DNA of 64,000 nt, from NCBI GenBank assembly GCA_934662505.1, contig CAKUKE010000008.1, positions 1,076 to 65,075 on the forward strand, in the 5' to 3' direction. The stretch is from an uncultured Clostridia bacterium. GTDB lineage: Bacteria; Bacillota; Clostridia; Christensenellales; Aristaeellaceae. Below the pieces are notes generated by a model. That model did not search any database and was not told where the DNA came from. It worked only from the letters and a program-made list of their open reading frames with translations. Both the position numbers and the translations under genes were made by a program. Below, one piece after another: positions 11,005-23,589 of this stretch (position 1 is its first letter; each line of letters starts with the position of its first letter).

Positions 11005-11436
11005 GTGAAGCGCGGTGAGATATATTATGCCAATCTGGATCCGGTCATGGGCTCGGAACAGGGCGGGGTGCGGCCGGTGCTCATCATTCAGAACGATCTG
11101 GGCAACCGGTTCAGCCCGACGGTGATCGCCGTACCTCTGACCAGCCGTCAGGGGAAAGCGCCTCTGCGTACGCATGTGCCCGTTTCGCCGCCTGCGGGCG
11201 GACTGCAAAAGCCTTCGGTCATCCTGTGCGAACAGGTGCGGACGCTGGAGAAAAGCCGCCTTCGGCGCTATGTGGGTCGTCTGCGGCCGGAGAAAATGGC
11301 GCTGGTGGAACGGGCACTGGCCGTGGCCATGGGCGGCGCGATTGACAAAGAAGAAAAAGAACCGTACAATGAACGGGCGGCGGAAAACAGGGAAGAAGGC
11401 GGGGCAGCCGCTCCGCCGCCGGAGGCAGACGAATGA
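11005..11436 (+). CDS. mazF: MazF/PemK (EndoA-like) endoribonuclease toxin with an acidic ~30 aa C-terminal tail
   Basis: VKRGEIYYANLDPVMGSEQGGVRPVLIIQNDLGNRFSPTVIAVPLTS... is close to B. subtilis EndoA/NdoA. GTG at 11005 is preferred (GGTGG 6 nt upstream), and the listed ORF start 10990 is also possible. The stop overlaps the next ATG (ATGA). Confidence 0.88.
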   Translation: MKRGEIYYANLDPVMGSEQGGVRPVLIIQNDLGNRFSPTVIAVPLTSRQGKAPLRTHVPVSPPAGGLQKPSVILCEQVRTLEKSRLRRYVGRLRPEKMALVERALAVAMGGAIDKEEKEPYNERAAENREEGGAAAPPPEADE

Positions 11437-12788
11437 AAATGTTTACCGTGGCGCAGACGGCGTCCACCAATACGCTGATGAAAAACTGGCTGCGGGGGCA
11501 GCAGCCGCCGGCGGGGTGGCCAAAGCAGCCGCCTGTGCCCTGCGCGGTGCGCGCCGTCATGCAGACGGGCGGACGGGGACGGCTGGGTCGCAGCTTTATT
11601 TCCCCGCCCGGGGGCGTATATATGAGCCTGCTTTTGCCCTTTGACGGCGATCCGGGACAGGTGACGCCCCGGCTGGCGCTGGCGGTGTGCCGGGCGCTGG
11701 AGACCTTCGGCGTGACGGGCTGCGGCGTGAAATGGGTCAACGACGTATACCTCAGGGGAAAGAAGATCTGCGGGATCCTCTGCGAGGGCGCGGAGGGGTA
11801 TCTGGTGGCGGGCATCGGGGTCAACCTGTTCACTCCGCCGGAGGGGTATCCTGAGGGCGCCGGTCAGGCGGGGGCGGTGGATGCGTCGGGGCTGGAGGCG
11901 GAAAATGTGGCGGCGGAGATCTGCCGTCAGACGCTGAAGGTGCTGACCGATCCCGGCGCTGCAACGGAGTATACCGCCCGGCTGACGCTGATGGGACGGC
12001 AGGTGGTCTGCCGTACGGGAGAATGCGCGGTGACAGGACGGGTGACGGGCGTGGACGATGATTTCGGACTGATGCTGGATACGCCTTCGGGGCCGGTCGT
12101 TTTGCGCACCGGGGAGGTGACCCGGGTGCGCGCTGTGGAAAAGGCGGCGTTTTTTGACTTTGACGGCACCATGCGCCGCGGCGACAGCATCGTTCCCTTT
12201 CTCGGGCTTGCGCGCCGGAAAGGGTTCATGTCCCTGAAGGCGTACCTGACTGCCGGACGGTACGCGCTGAAGTATTATCTGACGAAAAGCTGCACCGCCG
12301 AGGAGACCAAGGAAAAGGCCCTTTCCTTCCTGCCGGGCATGGAAGCGGAGGAGCGCCGGGCGCTATGCGCGTCCTTTGCGGAGAAACTGACGGAGGAAGT
12401 ATATCCGGCGGCGCGCCGCGCGTGGGATCAGGCGGGGGAGGAAGGGTATCTGCGGGTGCTTTTGTCCGCGTCGCCCGACTGCTACATGCGCGATGTGGCG
12501 AAGGAACTTAAGGCCGATGCGCTGCTGTGCACACCGGTGGATGAGCAGGGACACATCAGCAGAAACTGCAAGGGAGAAGAAAAGGTGCGCCGGGCACTGG
12601 CATGGGCGGAGGAACGGGGCGTGGACATGCGCGCGAGCCGTGCCTACGGCGACAGCGGCAGTGATGCGCCCATCCTGCGCGCTGTGGGCGAGGGCTGGGC
12701 GGTCAATCCCAAACGAAAGCTGAAAAAGCAGGGGTTCCCCATCTGCATCTGGCGGCAGGAAAAAGGAAAAACGGACAAGGCAGAATAA
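11433..12788 (+). CDS. birA: fusion protein: group I biotin-protein ligase (BirA, no HTH) + HAD-IB family hydrolase
   Basis: 451 aa. Residues 1-~225 carry GRGRLGRSF and KWVNDV BirA motifs plus the C-terminal SH3-like domain. Residues ~230-451 carry HAD motifs FDFDGT and GDSGSDAP (HAD-IB/PSPase-like). Confidence 0.8.
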   Translation: MKMFTVAQTASTNTLMKNWLRGQQPPAGWPKQPPVPCAVRAVMQTGGRGRLGRSFISPPGGVYMSLLLPFDGDPGQVTPRLALAVCRALETFGVTGCGVKWVNDVYLRGKKICGILCEGAEGYLVAGIGVNLFTPPEGYPEGAGQAGAVDASGLEAENVAAEICRQTLKVLTDPGAATEYTARLTLMGRQVVCRTGECAVTGRVTGVDDDFGLMLDTPSGPVVLRTGEVTRVRAVEKAAFFDFDGTMRRGDSIVPFLGLARRKGFMSLKAYLTAGRYALKYYLTKSCTAEETKEKALSFLPGMEAEERRALCASFAEKLTEEVYPAARRAWDQAGEEGYLRVLLSASPDCYMRDVAKELKADALLCTPVDEQGHISRNCKGEEKVRRALAWAEERGVDMRASRAYGDSGSDAPILRAVGEGWAVNPKRKLKKQGFPICIWRQEKGKTDKAE

Positions 12789-12820
12789 AGCGCGGATAAA
12801 GCCGTCGTATCCGCGCATGA

Positions 12821-12854
12821 AAAAACGCTCCGCAATGTATGCGGGGCGTTTTTT
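12821..12854. terminator. bidirectional intrinsic terminator
   Basis: The hairpin acgctccgca/tgcggggcgt has an A-run on its 5' side and a T-run on its 3' side. It lies between the convergent birA-HAD (+) and ybaK-like (-) genes. Confidence 0.7.
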
Positions 12855-12918
12855 GGATGCCGGTCAGGCGGGAAAACGGAGAAAAAGGCTTTGCTCCGAA
12901 ACCGCCCTTGGAGGTTGT

Positions 12919-13458
12919 TTACACGTCGATCAAGGCGGGCGTGTGCCGCACATGGGGCAGGTACACCTCCGTCATGTCCCGGGTGGCCATGCGCAGATAG
13001 CCGGTGGTCGTCGTATCCGTACAGCCGAAAAATGGAAGCTGCACCACTTCGCGGTCGAGCACGAGGCGAACCGCGCCGGCAGGATCTGCAAGAAGTCCCA
13101 TCACGCCGGCTGCGCCGGGTACCGCGCCCAGCATGGCGAGCAGCTTTTCCGGCGGCGCGAAGGAGAGACGGGACACACCCAGCGCCCGGCTGATCGCCGC
13201 AGTGCGGAAGGGCTTGTCCCCCCGCGTGACGAACAGGAAAAAATCGGTCTGCTGACGGTTGCACAGAAACAGGGATTTTGCGACCTGCACCCGCAGCTTT
13301 TCGTCAATGACCCGGCAGTCCTCCATGGTGACGGCCGGGTCGTTCTCCACCCGGGAAAAGGGAATGCCCAGACGCACAAGCGTCTCATAGGCCTGCTGCT
13401 GGAGGGGGCTTGCAAAAACGGCGGGAGGCAGGGTCAAAACATCGCTGACCCGGATCAT
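12919..13458 (-). CDS. YbaK/ProX-type aminoacyl-tRNA editing (deacylase) domain protein
   Basis: 179 aa resembling prolyl-tRNA synthetase associated (YbaK/EbsC) domain proteins (...KSLFLCNRQQTDFFLFV...). Confidence 0.75.
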   Translation of the reverse strand: MIRVSDVLTLPPAVFASPLQQQAYETLVRLGIPFSRVENDPAVTMEDCRVIDEKLRVQVAKSLFLCNRQQTDFFLFVTRGDKPFRTAAISRALGVSRLSFAPPEKLLAMLGAVPGAAGVMGLLADPAGAVRLVLDREVVQLPFFGCTDTTTTGYLRMATRDMTEVYLPHVRHTPALIDV

Positions 13459-13461
13459 GGG

Positions 13462-14748
13462 TTACACCGCCTTTTCTGCGGTGACGGCGACGGTCAGGGT
13501 CTGCGCGCCGTCAATGGCGGCAAGGAGCCCCTCGGACAGGGGCAGATTGACCATTTCGCCGGGGGTCAGCACCCGTTTTTTCACACTGTAGACCGGTTGA
13601 CCGTCGGCATACAGGGAAAGGTACTGATCCTTATACACGCCGGCGGGACGGAACATGAGGCTTGCCTGCTTTTGCCCCGTGCGCAGCCGCTGGGGCACGG
13701 TGCCCCGTACGCCGAAGCCGTCCTGCACCGCGATCTCCCGCGCCGCGGGCGCCGTCTTTCCCAGCGCGAAGGCGGCGGCGGCTTCGCCGGCTTTCAGGCT
13801 TTCCGCGCTGACGAAGTCGACCAGATCATGGACATGCAGCACGTTTCCGCAGGCGAAAATGCCGGGAACGCTGGTCTGCAGCGCGTCGTCCACCACCGCG
13901 CCGCTGGTGACGGGAGACATCTGGACGCCGCACTGACGGGTCAGCTCGTTCTCGGGGATCAGGCCCACGGACAAAAGCAGGGTATCGCAGTCGAAATGAA
14001 TCTCCGTGCCGGGAACAGGCTGGCGCTTTTCATCCACCCGGGCGACCGTTACGCCGGTCAGCCGTTCCCGCCCCTGAATGTCCACCACCGTGTGGCTCAG
14101 GTACAGCGGGATCTGGTAATCGTTCAGGCACTGGACGATGTTGCGGTTCAGCCCCGAAGAATAGGGCATCAATTCTACGCAGGCCAGCACCTTGGCGCCC
14201 TGCAGGGTCATGCGGCGCGCCATGATCAGACCAATGTCGCCGCTGCCCAGAATGACCACCCGTCTGCCGGGCATGTAGCCCATGAGATTGACGAACTTCT
14301 GCGCCGTGCCCGCACTGTAAATGCCTGCGCAGCGGGTGCCGGGGGTGGCCAGCGCGCCCCGGGGGCGTTCCCGGCAGCCCATGGCCAGCACTACGGCCTT
14401 TGCGCGGTAGACCTCCAGCCCCCGCGCCCGACTGACCGCCGTGACCCGGCGATCCTGAGAAAGAGAAAGAACGGTGGTGCCCGTCCGGATGTCGATTGCC
14501 AGCTCCCGGGCCGTGTCGATGTCCCGCTGGGCATATTCCGGCCCCGTCAGTTCCTGTGAAAAGCGGTGAAGGCCGAAACCGTTATGAATGCACTGGCGCA
14601 GAATGCCGCCGGGCTGCTCCTCCCGCTCCAGCACGACCAGATTCTTTACGCCCGCTTTTCGGGCGGCAATTGCGGCGGCCAGCCCTGCGGGGCCTGCGCC
14701 TACGATCAATACGTCTACCAGCGTTTCCTGTATCATGGCGCGTTTCAC
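13462..14748 (-). CDS. NAD(P)/FAD-dependent oxidoreductase (partner subunit of the Clostridia-type glycerol-3-phosphate dehydrogenase cluster)
   Basis: 428 aa with two dinucleotide-binding motifs (VLIVGAGPAGLAAA and VVILGSGDIGL). Overlaps the upstream gene by 4 nt. Confidence 0.8.
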   Translation of the reverse strand: MKRAMIQETLVDVLIVGAGPAGLAAAIAARKAGVKNLVVLEREEQPGGILRQCIHNGFGLHRFSQELTGPEYAQRDIDTARELAIDIRTGTTVLSLSQDRRVTAVSRARGLEVYRAKAVVLAMGCRERPRGALATPGTRCAGIYSAGTAQKFVNLMGYMPGRRVVILGSGDIGLIMARRMTLQGAKVLACVELMPYSSGLNRNIVQCLNDYQIPLYLSHTVVDIQGRERLTGVTVARVDEKRQPVPGTEIHFDCDTLLLSVGLIPENELTRQCGVQMSPVTSGAVVDDALQTSVPGIFACGNVLHVHDLVDFVSAESLKAGEAAAAFALGKTAPAAREIAVQDGFGVRGTVPQRLRTGQKQASLMFRPAGVYKDQYLSLYADGQPVYSVKKRVLTPGEMVNLPLSEGLLAAIDGAQTLTVAVTAEKAV

Positions 14749-16193
14749 TCCTTTTCACCGTTCAGCCGGCCGGTGAGCAGCCTGCTTTCACCGCCGCATT
14801 TGGTGACCTCCAGCGGCGACATGCCCGTCTCGCGGCACAGCATTTCCAGCACCCGGGGAGAACAGAAACCGCCCTGACACCGTCCCATGCCGGCACGGGT
14901 GCGGCGCTTGACGCCGTCGATGGAGCGGGCGCCCACGGGGCGGTGAATGGCGTCCAGAATTTCCGCTTCGGTGATCTGCTCGCAGCGGCAGACGATGCTG
15001 CCGTAGGCAGGGTTTTCCCGGCAGGCCTGCGCTCTCTCTTCATCCGTCATGGCGGCGAAGGGCTTCAGCAGGGGGACGGGCGGCGCGACGTGCGCCTTCT
15101 CTTTCAGGCCGAGATAATCGGCGGCCATGGCGGCCAGATCCTCGCCGATGGCGGGTGCGGAGGACAAACCGGGACTTTCGATGCCTGCGGCCTCAAAAGC
15201 GCCTGCCGGCGCGCCGGGAACGGCGCCCACCAGAAAATCGCCTTTTTCTTCATGAGCGCGCACCCCGGCAAAGGTCGTAATGGTGTTGCGGGTGGAGACC
15301 TCCGGCCAGGTCAGGCGGCAGCGGCTGAGCACAAAGTCCAGACCGGCGCGGGTCGTCGCCGTGTCGGCCGGGTCGCTGATCTCCTCCGCCGAGGGACCCA
15401 GCAGGGTGTTGCCGTGGGCGGTGGGGGTCACCAGCACGCCCTTGCCCATTTTGCCGGGCACCTGAAACATGGTGCGGGTGAAGGGACAGCGGACGGTGGC
15501 GTCCATCAGGTAATACTCCCCGCGGCGGGGATGCAGGGTGATCTTTTCCGGCGACAGCATGGCGCGGATACGGTCGGCGCCCGCGCCTGCGCAGTTGACG
15601 ACCGCTTTCGCCGTGTAGACCCTGCCGCCTGCGGTGACCGTATAAACGCCGTTTTCGTGCGTTATGGCGGTGACGGGGGCGTTGAACACGAAGCGTACCC
15701 CGTTCTGCGCCGCGTGGTAGGCCATGGCCAGCGTCATTTCATAGGGACTGACCACCGCGCTGCTCTTGGCCCACAGCGCGCCGGCCACGGCGGGATTGAC
15801 CGCCGGCTCCAGTGTCCGCACCTGCGCGCCGTCCAGCAGTTCCAGATCGGCCACGCCGTTTGCCTGCCCCTGCGCGTAAAGGGTGTGCAGGGCGGGCAGG
15901 TCGTCCGGGTCATAGGCGCACACCAGCGCGCCGTTGCGGCGGTAGGGAACCCCCATTTCCGCCGCCCAGACGGGATACAGGGCGGCGCCCCGTACGTTAT
16001 AACGGGCTTTCAGGGTGCCGGGCACCGCGTCAAAGCCTGCGTGCACAATGCCGCTGTTGGCCTTGCTGGCGCCGACGGATACATCCTCGCCTGCTTCCAG
16101 CACGGCAAAATTTCCATGACGGGCGGATAGAACCCGGGCTACCGCGCAGCCCACAACGCCCGCGCCGATGATGACAACGTCCAGCATGATCAT
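14745..16193 (-). CDS. FAD-dependent glycerol-3-phosphate dehydrogenase/oxidase-like protein with BFD-like [2Fe-2S] domain
   Basis: 482 aa with DAO-family N-terminus VVIIGAGVVGCAVA and C-terminal CRCEQITEAEI...GMGRCQGGFC. Confidence 0.82.
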   Translation of the reverse strand: MIMLDVVIIGAGVVGCAVARVLSARHGNFAVLEAGEDVSVGASKANSGIVHAGFDAVPGTLKARYNVRGAALYPVWAAEMGVPYRRNGALVCAYDPDDLPALHTLYAQGQANGVADLELLDGAQVRTLEPAVNPAVAGALWAKSSAVVSPYEMTLAMAYHAAQNGVRFVFNAPVTAITHENGVYTVTAGGRVYTAKAVVNCAGAGADRIRAMLSPEKITLHPRRGEYYLMDATVRCPFTRTMFQVPGKMGKGVLVTPTAHGNTLLGPSAEEISDPADTATTRAGLDFVLSRCRLTWPEVSTRNTITTFAGVRAHEEKGDFLVGAVPGAPAGAFEAAGIESPGLSSAPAIGEDLAAMAADYLGLKEKAHVAPPVPLLKPFAAMTDEERAQACRENPAYGSIVCRCEQITEAEILDAIHRPVGARSIDGVKRRTRAGMGRCQGGFCSPRVLEMLCRETGMSPLEVTKCGGESRLLTGRLNGEKE

Positions 16194-16273
16194 GCCTCCA
16201 CCTTATGATTCCTGATGACATTATAGCATAACGGCGGGACCTGTGGCAACTGAAAATGCGGCAGGGGAGAGGA

Positions 16274-16304
16274 ACAAAAAACCGTGCAGACATTGTCTGC
16301 ACGG
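16274..16304 (-). terminator. intrinsic terminator of clpB
   Basis: 10-bp stem ccgtgcagac/gtctgcacgg followed on the minus strand by TTTTTTG. A second hairpin gtatgcggcg/cgccgcatac lies just after the clpB stop. Confidence 0.75.
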
Positions 16305-16347
16305 CGAAGGAAATCATTGTATGCGGCGGGACGCCGCATACAGGGGG

Positions 16348-18972
16348 TCAGGCCTCGCTGCCTGTGGAGACGGTGAAGTCGCCCGCAGGGTCGCTGTCCA
16401 CAATGAGAGTCTGCCCGGGCAGCACGTCGCCCGCAATGAGCCGACGCGCCACAGGGGTCTCGATCCTGCTCTGAATGACCCGCTTCATGGGACGGGCACC
16501 GTAGATGGGGTCGTAGCCCAGACTGAGCAGTTTGTCCTCGGCAGCCCTGGTCAGGCGCAGCGACAGCTGCTTGTCCCGCAGACGATCCCGCAGATGATCC
16601 AGCTGCAGAGAGGCGATCTGCCCGACCTGCGCACGGGTGAGAGGCATGAAGAAGATGGTGTCGTCGATCCGGTTGAGGAACTCGGGTCGGAACTGGGTGC
16701 GCAGCAGTTTCTGCACCCGATCCCGCGTATCCTGAGACAGATGGCCTTCTTCATCGATGCCCTCCAGAATCTGGGCGGAACCCAGGTTGCTGGTCATGAT
16801 GAGAATGGTGTTGCGGAAGTCGACCGTCCGACCCTGACTGTCGGTCACCCGACCGTCATCCAGGATCTGCAGCAGGATATTGAACACATCCGGGTGCGCT
16901 TTTTCCATTTCGTCAAAGAGCACCACGCTGTAGGGCTTGCGCCGTACGGCCTCGGTCAGCTGACCGCCTTCCTCGTAGCCCACGTATCCCGGAGGGGCGC
17001 CGATGAGACGACTGACGGAGAACTTCTCCATGTATTCGGTCATGTCAATGCGGATCAGGCTGCGTTCGTCGTCAAACAGGGTCTGCGCCAGCGTCTTGGC
17101 CAGCTCGGTTTTGCCGACGCCAGTGGGGCCGAGGAACAGGAAAGAACCGATGGGGCGGTTTTCATCCGCGACCCCTGCACGGGAGCGCAGGATGGCTTCG
17201 CTGACCTTTTCAACTGCTTCATCCTGCCCGATGACCCGCTTATGCAGCGTTTCCGGCATGCGGAGCAGTTTCTCCCGTTCGCCCTCCAGCAGCTTCTGCA
17301 CGGGAATACCTGTCCAGCGGGCGACGATGCGGGCGATTTCTTCATCCGTCACCTTGTCGTGGAGCAGGGTGTCGCCTTTTTCTTCCTGCTTTTCTTTCTT
17401 TTCCGCCTCCTCCAATTGCGCTTTCAGCTGAGGCAGACGGCCGTATTTCAACTCGGCGGCGTGGTTCAGGTCATATTTGCGCTCCGCCCGCTCGATCTCG
17501 CCGTTGACCTGCTCGATCTCCTCCCGGAGCTTGCGCACCCTGTCAATGTCCTGCTTTTCGTTTTCCCAGCGCGCCTGCATGGCGCTGAATTTTTCACGCA
17601 GGGAGGCAAGCTCGCTTTCCAGCGTCTTCAGCCGTTCCGCAGACAGGGGATCCGTTTCCTTTTTCAGGGAGACCTGCTCAATTTCACACTGCATGATGCG
17701 GCGGCGAATGTCATCCATTTCCGAGGGCATGGAGTCCATTTCGGTGCGGATCATGGCGCAGGCTTCGTCGACCAGATCGATGGCCTTGTCCGGCAGGAAA
17801 CGGTCGGTGATGTAGCGGTTGGACAGGGTGGCGGCGCAGATGAGCGCGCTGTCCTGAATTTTTACCCCGTGGAACACCTCGTAGCGTTCCTTCAGGCCGC
17901 GGAGGATGGAAATGGTGTCTTCCACCGTAGGCTCGTTGACCTGCACGGGCTGGAAGCGGCGCTCCAGCGCGGCGTCCTTTTCTACATATTTACGGTATTC
18001 ATCCAGCGTGGTGGCGCCGATGCAGTGCAGCTCGCCCCGCGCCAGCATGGGCTTGAGCAGGTTGCCTGCGTCCATGGCGCCTTCTGCCTTGCCCGCGCCG
18101 ACGATCAGGTGCATTTCATCGATAAACAGGATGATGCGGCCTTCGCTCTTTTTGATCTCCGCCAGCACCGCCTTGAGCCGTTCCTCAAATTCACCCCGGA
18201 ACTTGGCGCCTGCGATCAGCGAACCCATGTCCAGCGAGAAAACGGAGCGATCCTTCAAATTGTCGGGCACGTCGCCCCGGACGATCCGCTGCGCCAGCCC
18301 TTCCGCGATGGCCGTTTTGCCTACGCCGGGCTCACCGATGAGCACCGGGTTGTTTTTGGTCTTGCGGCTGAGGATGCGGATCACGTCGCGGATTTCGCTG
18401 TCGCGGCCGATGACGGGATCCATTTTTCCCTGACGTGCCTGCGCAACCAGATCGGTACCGTACTTGGCCAGCGCGTCGTAGGTGTCCTCCGGATTGTCGC
18501 TGGTGACCCGCGCTGCGCCGCGCACCTGAGAAAGTGCCTGCAGAAAACCGTCACGGGTGACGCCCAAACGGGCGAACAGGGGTTTCAGATCCCGATCCGC
18601 AGCGGCAAGCAGACCCAGGAACAGGTGCTCTACCGAAATGTACTCATCCTTCATCTGCCGGGCTTCCTCGGCAGCCTGCCGCAGTGCCTTGTCCATATCG
18701 GCGGACACGTACACCTTGCCCTCCTCACGGGCGGTCATGCGTACCTGCGGCAGCTTCTGCAGCAGGGTTTCGCAGGCGGACTTCAGCTCGTCCGACCGAA
18801 CCCCCATGCGCTGACAAAGCTGCGGGATGAGCCCGTTTTCCTCCTGCATCAGGGCGGCAAGAAGATGCACCTGCTCCAGTTGCTGGTGCCCGCGTTCCGC
18901 AGCCAGCGCCTGTGCGGCCTGAATGGCTTCCATGCTTTTTTGCGTGTAGGCGTTGTTGCTCATATCATTCAC
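16348..18972 (-). CDS. clpB: ATP-dependent chaperone/disaggregase ClpB
   Basis: 874 aa with Clp N domain, two AAA+ modules (GEPGVGKT and GPTGVGKT) separated by a long coiled-coil M-domain. Confidence 0.97.
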   Translation of the reverse strand: MNDMSNNAYTQKSMEAIQAAQALAAERGHQQLEQVHLLAALMQEENGLIPQLCQRMGVRSDELKSACETLLQKLPQVRMTAREEGKVYVSADMDKALRQAAEEARQMKDEYISVEHLFLGLLAAADRDLKPLFARLGVTRDGFLQALSQVRGAARVTSDNPEDTYDALAKYGTDLVAQARQGKMDPVIGRDSEIRDVIRILSRKTKNNPVLIGEPGVGKTAIAEGLAQRIVRGDVPDNLKDRSVFSLDMGSLIAGAKFRGEFEERLKAVLAEIKKSEGRIILFIDEMHLIVGAGKAEGAMDAGNLLKPMLARGELHCIGATTLDEYRKYVEKDAALERRFQPVQVNEPTVEDTISILRGLKERYEVFHGVKIQDSALICAATLSNRYITDRFLPDKAIDLVDEACAMIRTEMDSMPSEMDDIRRRIMQCEIEQVSLKKETDPLSAERLKTLESELASLREKFSAMQARWENEKQDIDRVRKLREEIEQVNGEIERAERKYDLNHAAELKYGRLPQLKAQLEEAEKKEKQEEKGDTLLHDKVTDEEIARIVARWTGIPVQKLLEGEREKLLRMPETLHKRVIGQDEAVEKVSEAILRSRAGVADENRPIGSFLFLGPTGVGKTELAKTLAQTLFDDERSLIRIDMTEYMEKFSVSRLIGAPPGYVGYEEGGQLTEAVRRKPYSVVLFDEMEKAHPDVFNILLQILDDGRVTDSQGRTVDFRNTILIMTSNLGSAQILEGIDEEGHLSQDTRDRVQKLLRTQFRPEFLNRIDDTIFFMPLTRAQVGQIASLQLDHLRDRLRDKQLSLRLTRAAEDKLLSLGYDPIYGARPMKRVIQSRIETPVARRLIAGDVLPGQTLIVDSDPAGDFTVSTGSEA

Positions 18973-19001
18973 CTCGAATAGGAAGTTATCTTATTTCAGA
19001 A

Positions 19002-19020
19002 GGTCTGACTATCTTTGACC
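19002..19020 (-). promoter_or_regulatory. CtsR operator (heptad direct repeat)
   Basis: Minus strand reads GGTCAAA-GAT-AGTCAGA versus consensus RGTCAAA-NAN-RGTCAAA (one mismatch). It sits just downstream of the clpB -10. Confidence 0.6.
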
Positions 19021-19029
19021 TTCAAGTAT

Positions 19030-19057
19030 ATTTTAACACGTTTTCAGAGCGTGTCAA
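19030..19057 (-). promoter_or_regulatory. clpB sigma-A promoter
   Basis: Minus strand reads TTGACA (19057-19052), 16 nt spacer, TAAAAT (19035-19030). Confidence 0.6.
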
Positions 19058-19389
19058 GGGGGTGCAGAAAATATTTTTCCGAAAGGAAGGAAAAAATATC
19101 CGGCAGACATGGAAGAAAGGGGGAGACCCGAAAACAGCTGCGCCCGGATGTTTTCGGCTGCGCCCAGGCGCCTTTTTGAATAACCATATTGAAAAAAACT
19201 GTGGGCTGTTCCGCCGGATGAAGGGGCGTATCCATTTTATGAAGGGTCTGTCCGGTGCTTCTCCTGCGCCGGGCAGGCAGCGGGCACGTATTCATTCCAT
19301 GAAGAGCCTGTTGCCCGGTCAACTTTGCCGCTGTGGAAATGCCGCCTCACCCGTTTTGCAGAGAGCGTGCGGAAACCTGGTTGGAGACA

Positions 19390-19421
19390 GAAAAAAGGCG
19401 GAGCGCATGATGCGCTCCGCC
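19390..19421 (-). terminator. intrinsic terminator of nifJ/PFOR
   Basis: 11-bp stem ggcggagcgca/tgcgctccgcc with a 3-nt loop, followed on the minus strand by TTTTTT. Lies 20 nt after the PFOR stop. Confidence 0.85.
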
Positions 19422-19439
19422 CGGTGGGAACAGAGACAA

Positions 19440-22952
<3,513 letters not shown>

Positions 22953-23002
22953 CTATAGAGAGCGAAAATGCTTCCGTATTTCCGCTGCTTCTCCAAATCA
23001 AC

Positions 23003-23032
23003 ATTATACCTTTCATTGCCCCGTTCTGTCAA
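23003..23032 (-). promoter_or_regulatory. nifJ promoter
   Basis: Minus strand reads TTGACA (23032-23027), 18 nt spacer, TATAAT (23008-23003), ~70 nt upstream of the ATG. AAGGAGG RBS. Confidence 0.6.
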
Positions 23033-23159
23033 TGCGTCCGACGGCTTTTTTCGGGGGAGGGCTCCTGATGATGCGGCTTTTTTCAGGCGCTGCGCCGCGG
23101 AGAAGCGCTCTTTTCGGGGGCACGTCCCTTTCCAATGCGCAGGCGGGGGGCGCTGACGA

Positions 23160-23193
23160 TAAAAAGAGAGCCGAAGCGACCCGGCTTCGGCTC
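23160..23193 (-). terminator. intrinsic terminator, ~400 nt downstream of the BadF-type gene stop
   Basis: Perfect 10-bp stem gagccgaagc/gcttcggctc with a 6-nt loop, followed on the minus strand by TCTTTTT. Confidence 0.65.
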
Positions 23194-23589
23194 GTCTGTG
23201 CGCGGCAGGTAGACGGCGCGGCGCAAGGCGCGTCCCGCTTCTTTTGGTGGAACCGCTTTTCCCGCCGCGCTCCCCTGCGCAGGCAGAGGAAAACCCTCCT
23301 CTTTCAAGACAACGCCTGATATGCTTCCGCCGGCGGGCGGAGCGGCGTTCATTTGCATCCATGGAAGCGTTCCGCTGGCGGGCACCGGACAATACTGACC
23401 GTTTCACGTGCTGCCTTGCCTGCGCGTTTCCGCATGCGGGCGGGGAGAAAGCGGATGGCCATCGGCGTACCCCTGCGCGGAGAGCGCATTTCTCCGGGCG
23501 CGGGGGCACGATCGATGTTCAGAGCGGGCAGGGCGGCGGCACAAACGATACGTGCGCAGCCCGGAGCCTGCCTGCGACGCCGGGAAAGG

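Noticed and set aside
10955-11008. 16-codon uORF (MKQGAPALKKAECGGK) overlapping the mazF GTG start, considered as a mini-antitoxin or leader
   Set aside because: It has no RBS at proper spacing, is too short for any known antitoxin fold, and contains a GC palindrome more consistent with a non-coding site. It is mentioned only in the mazF finding.
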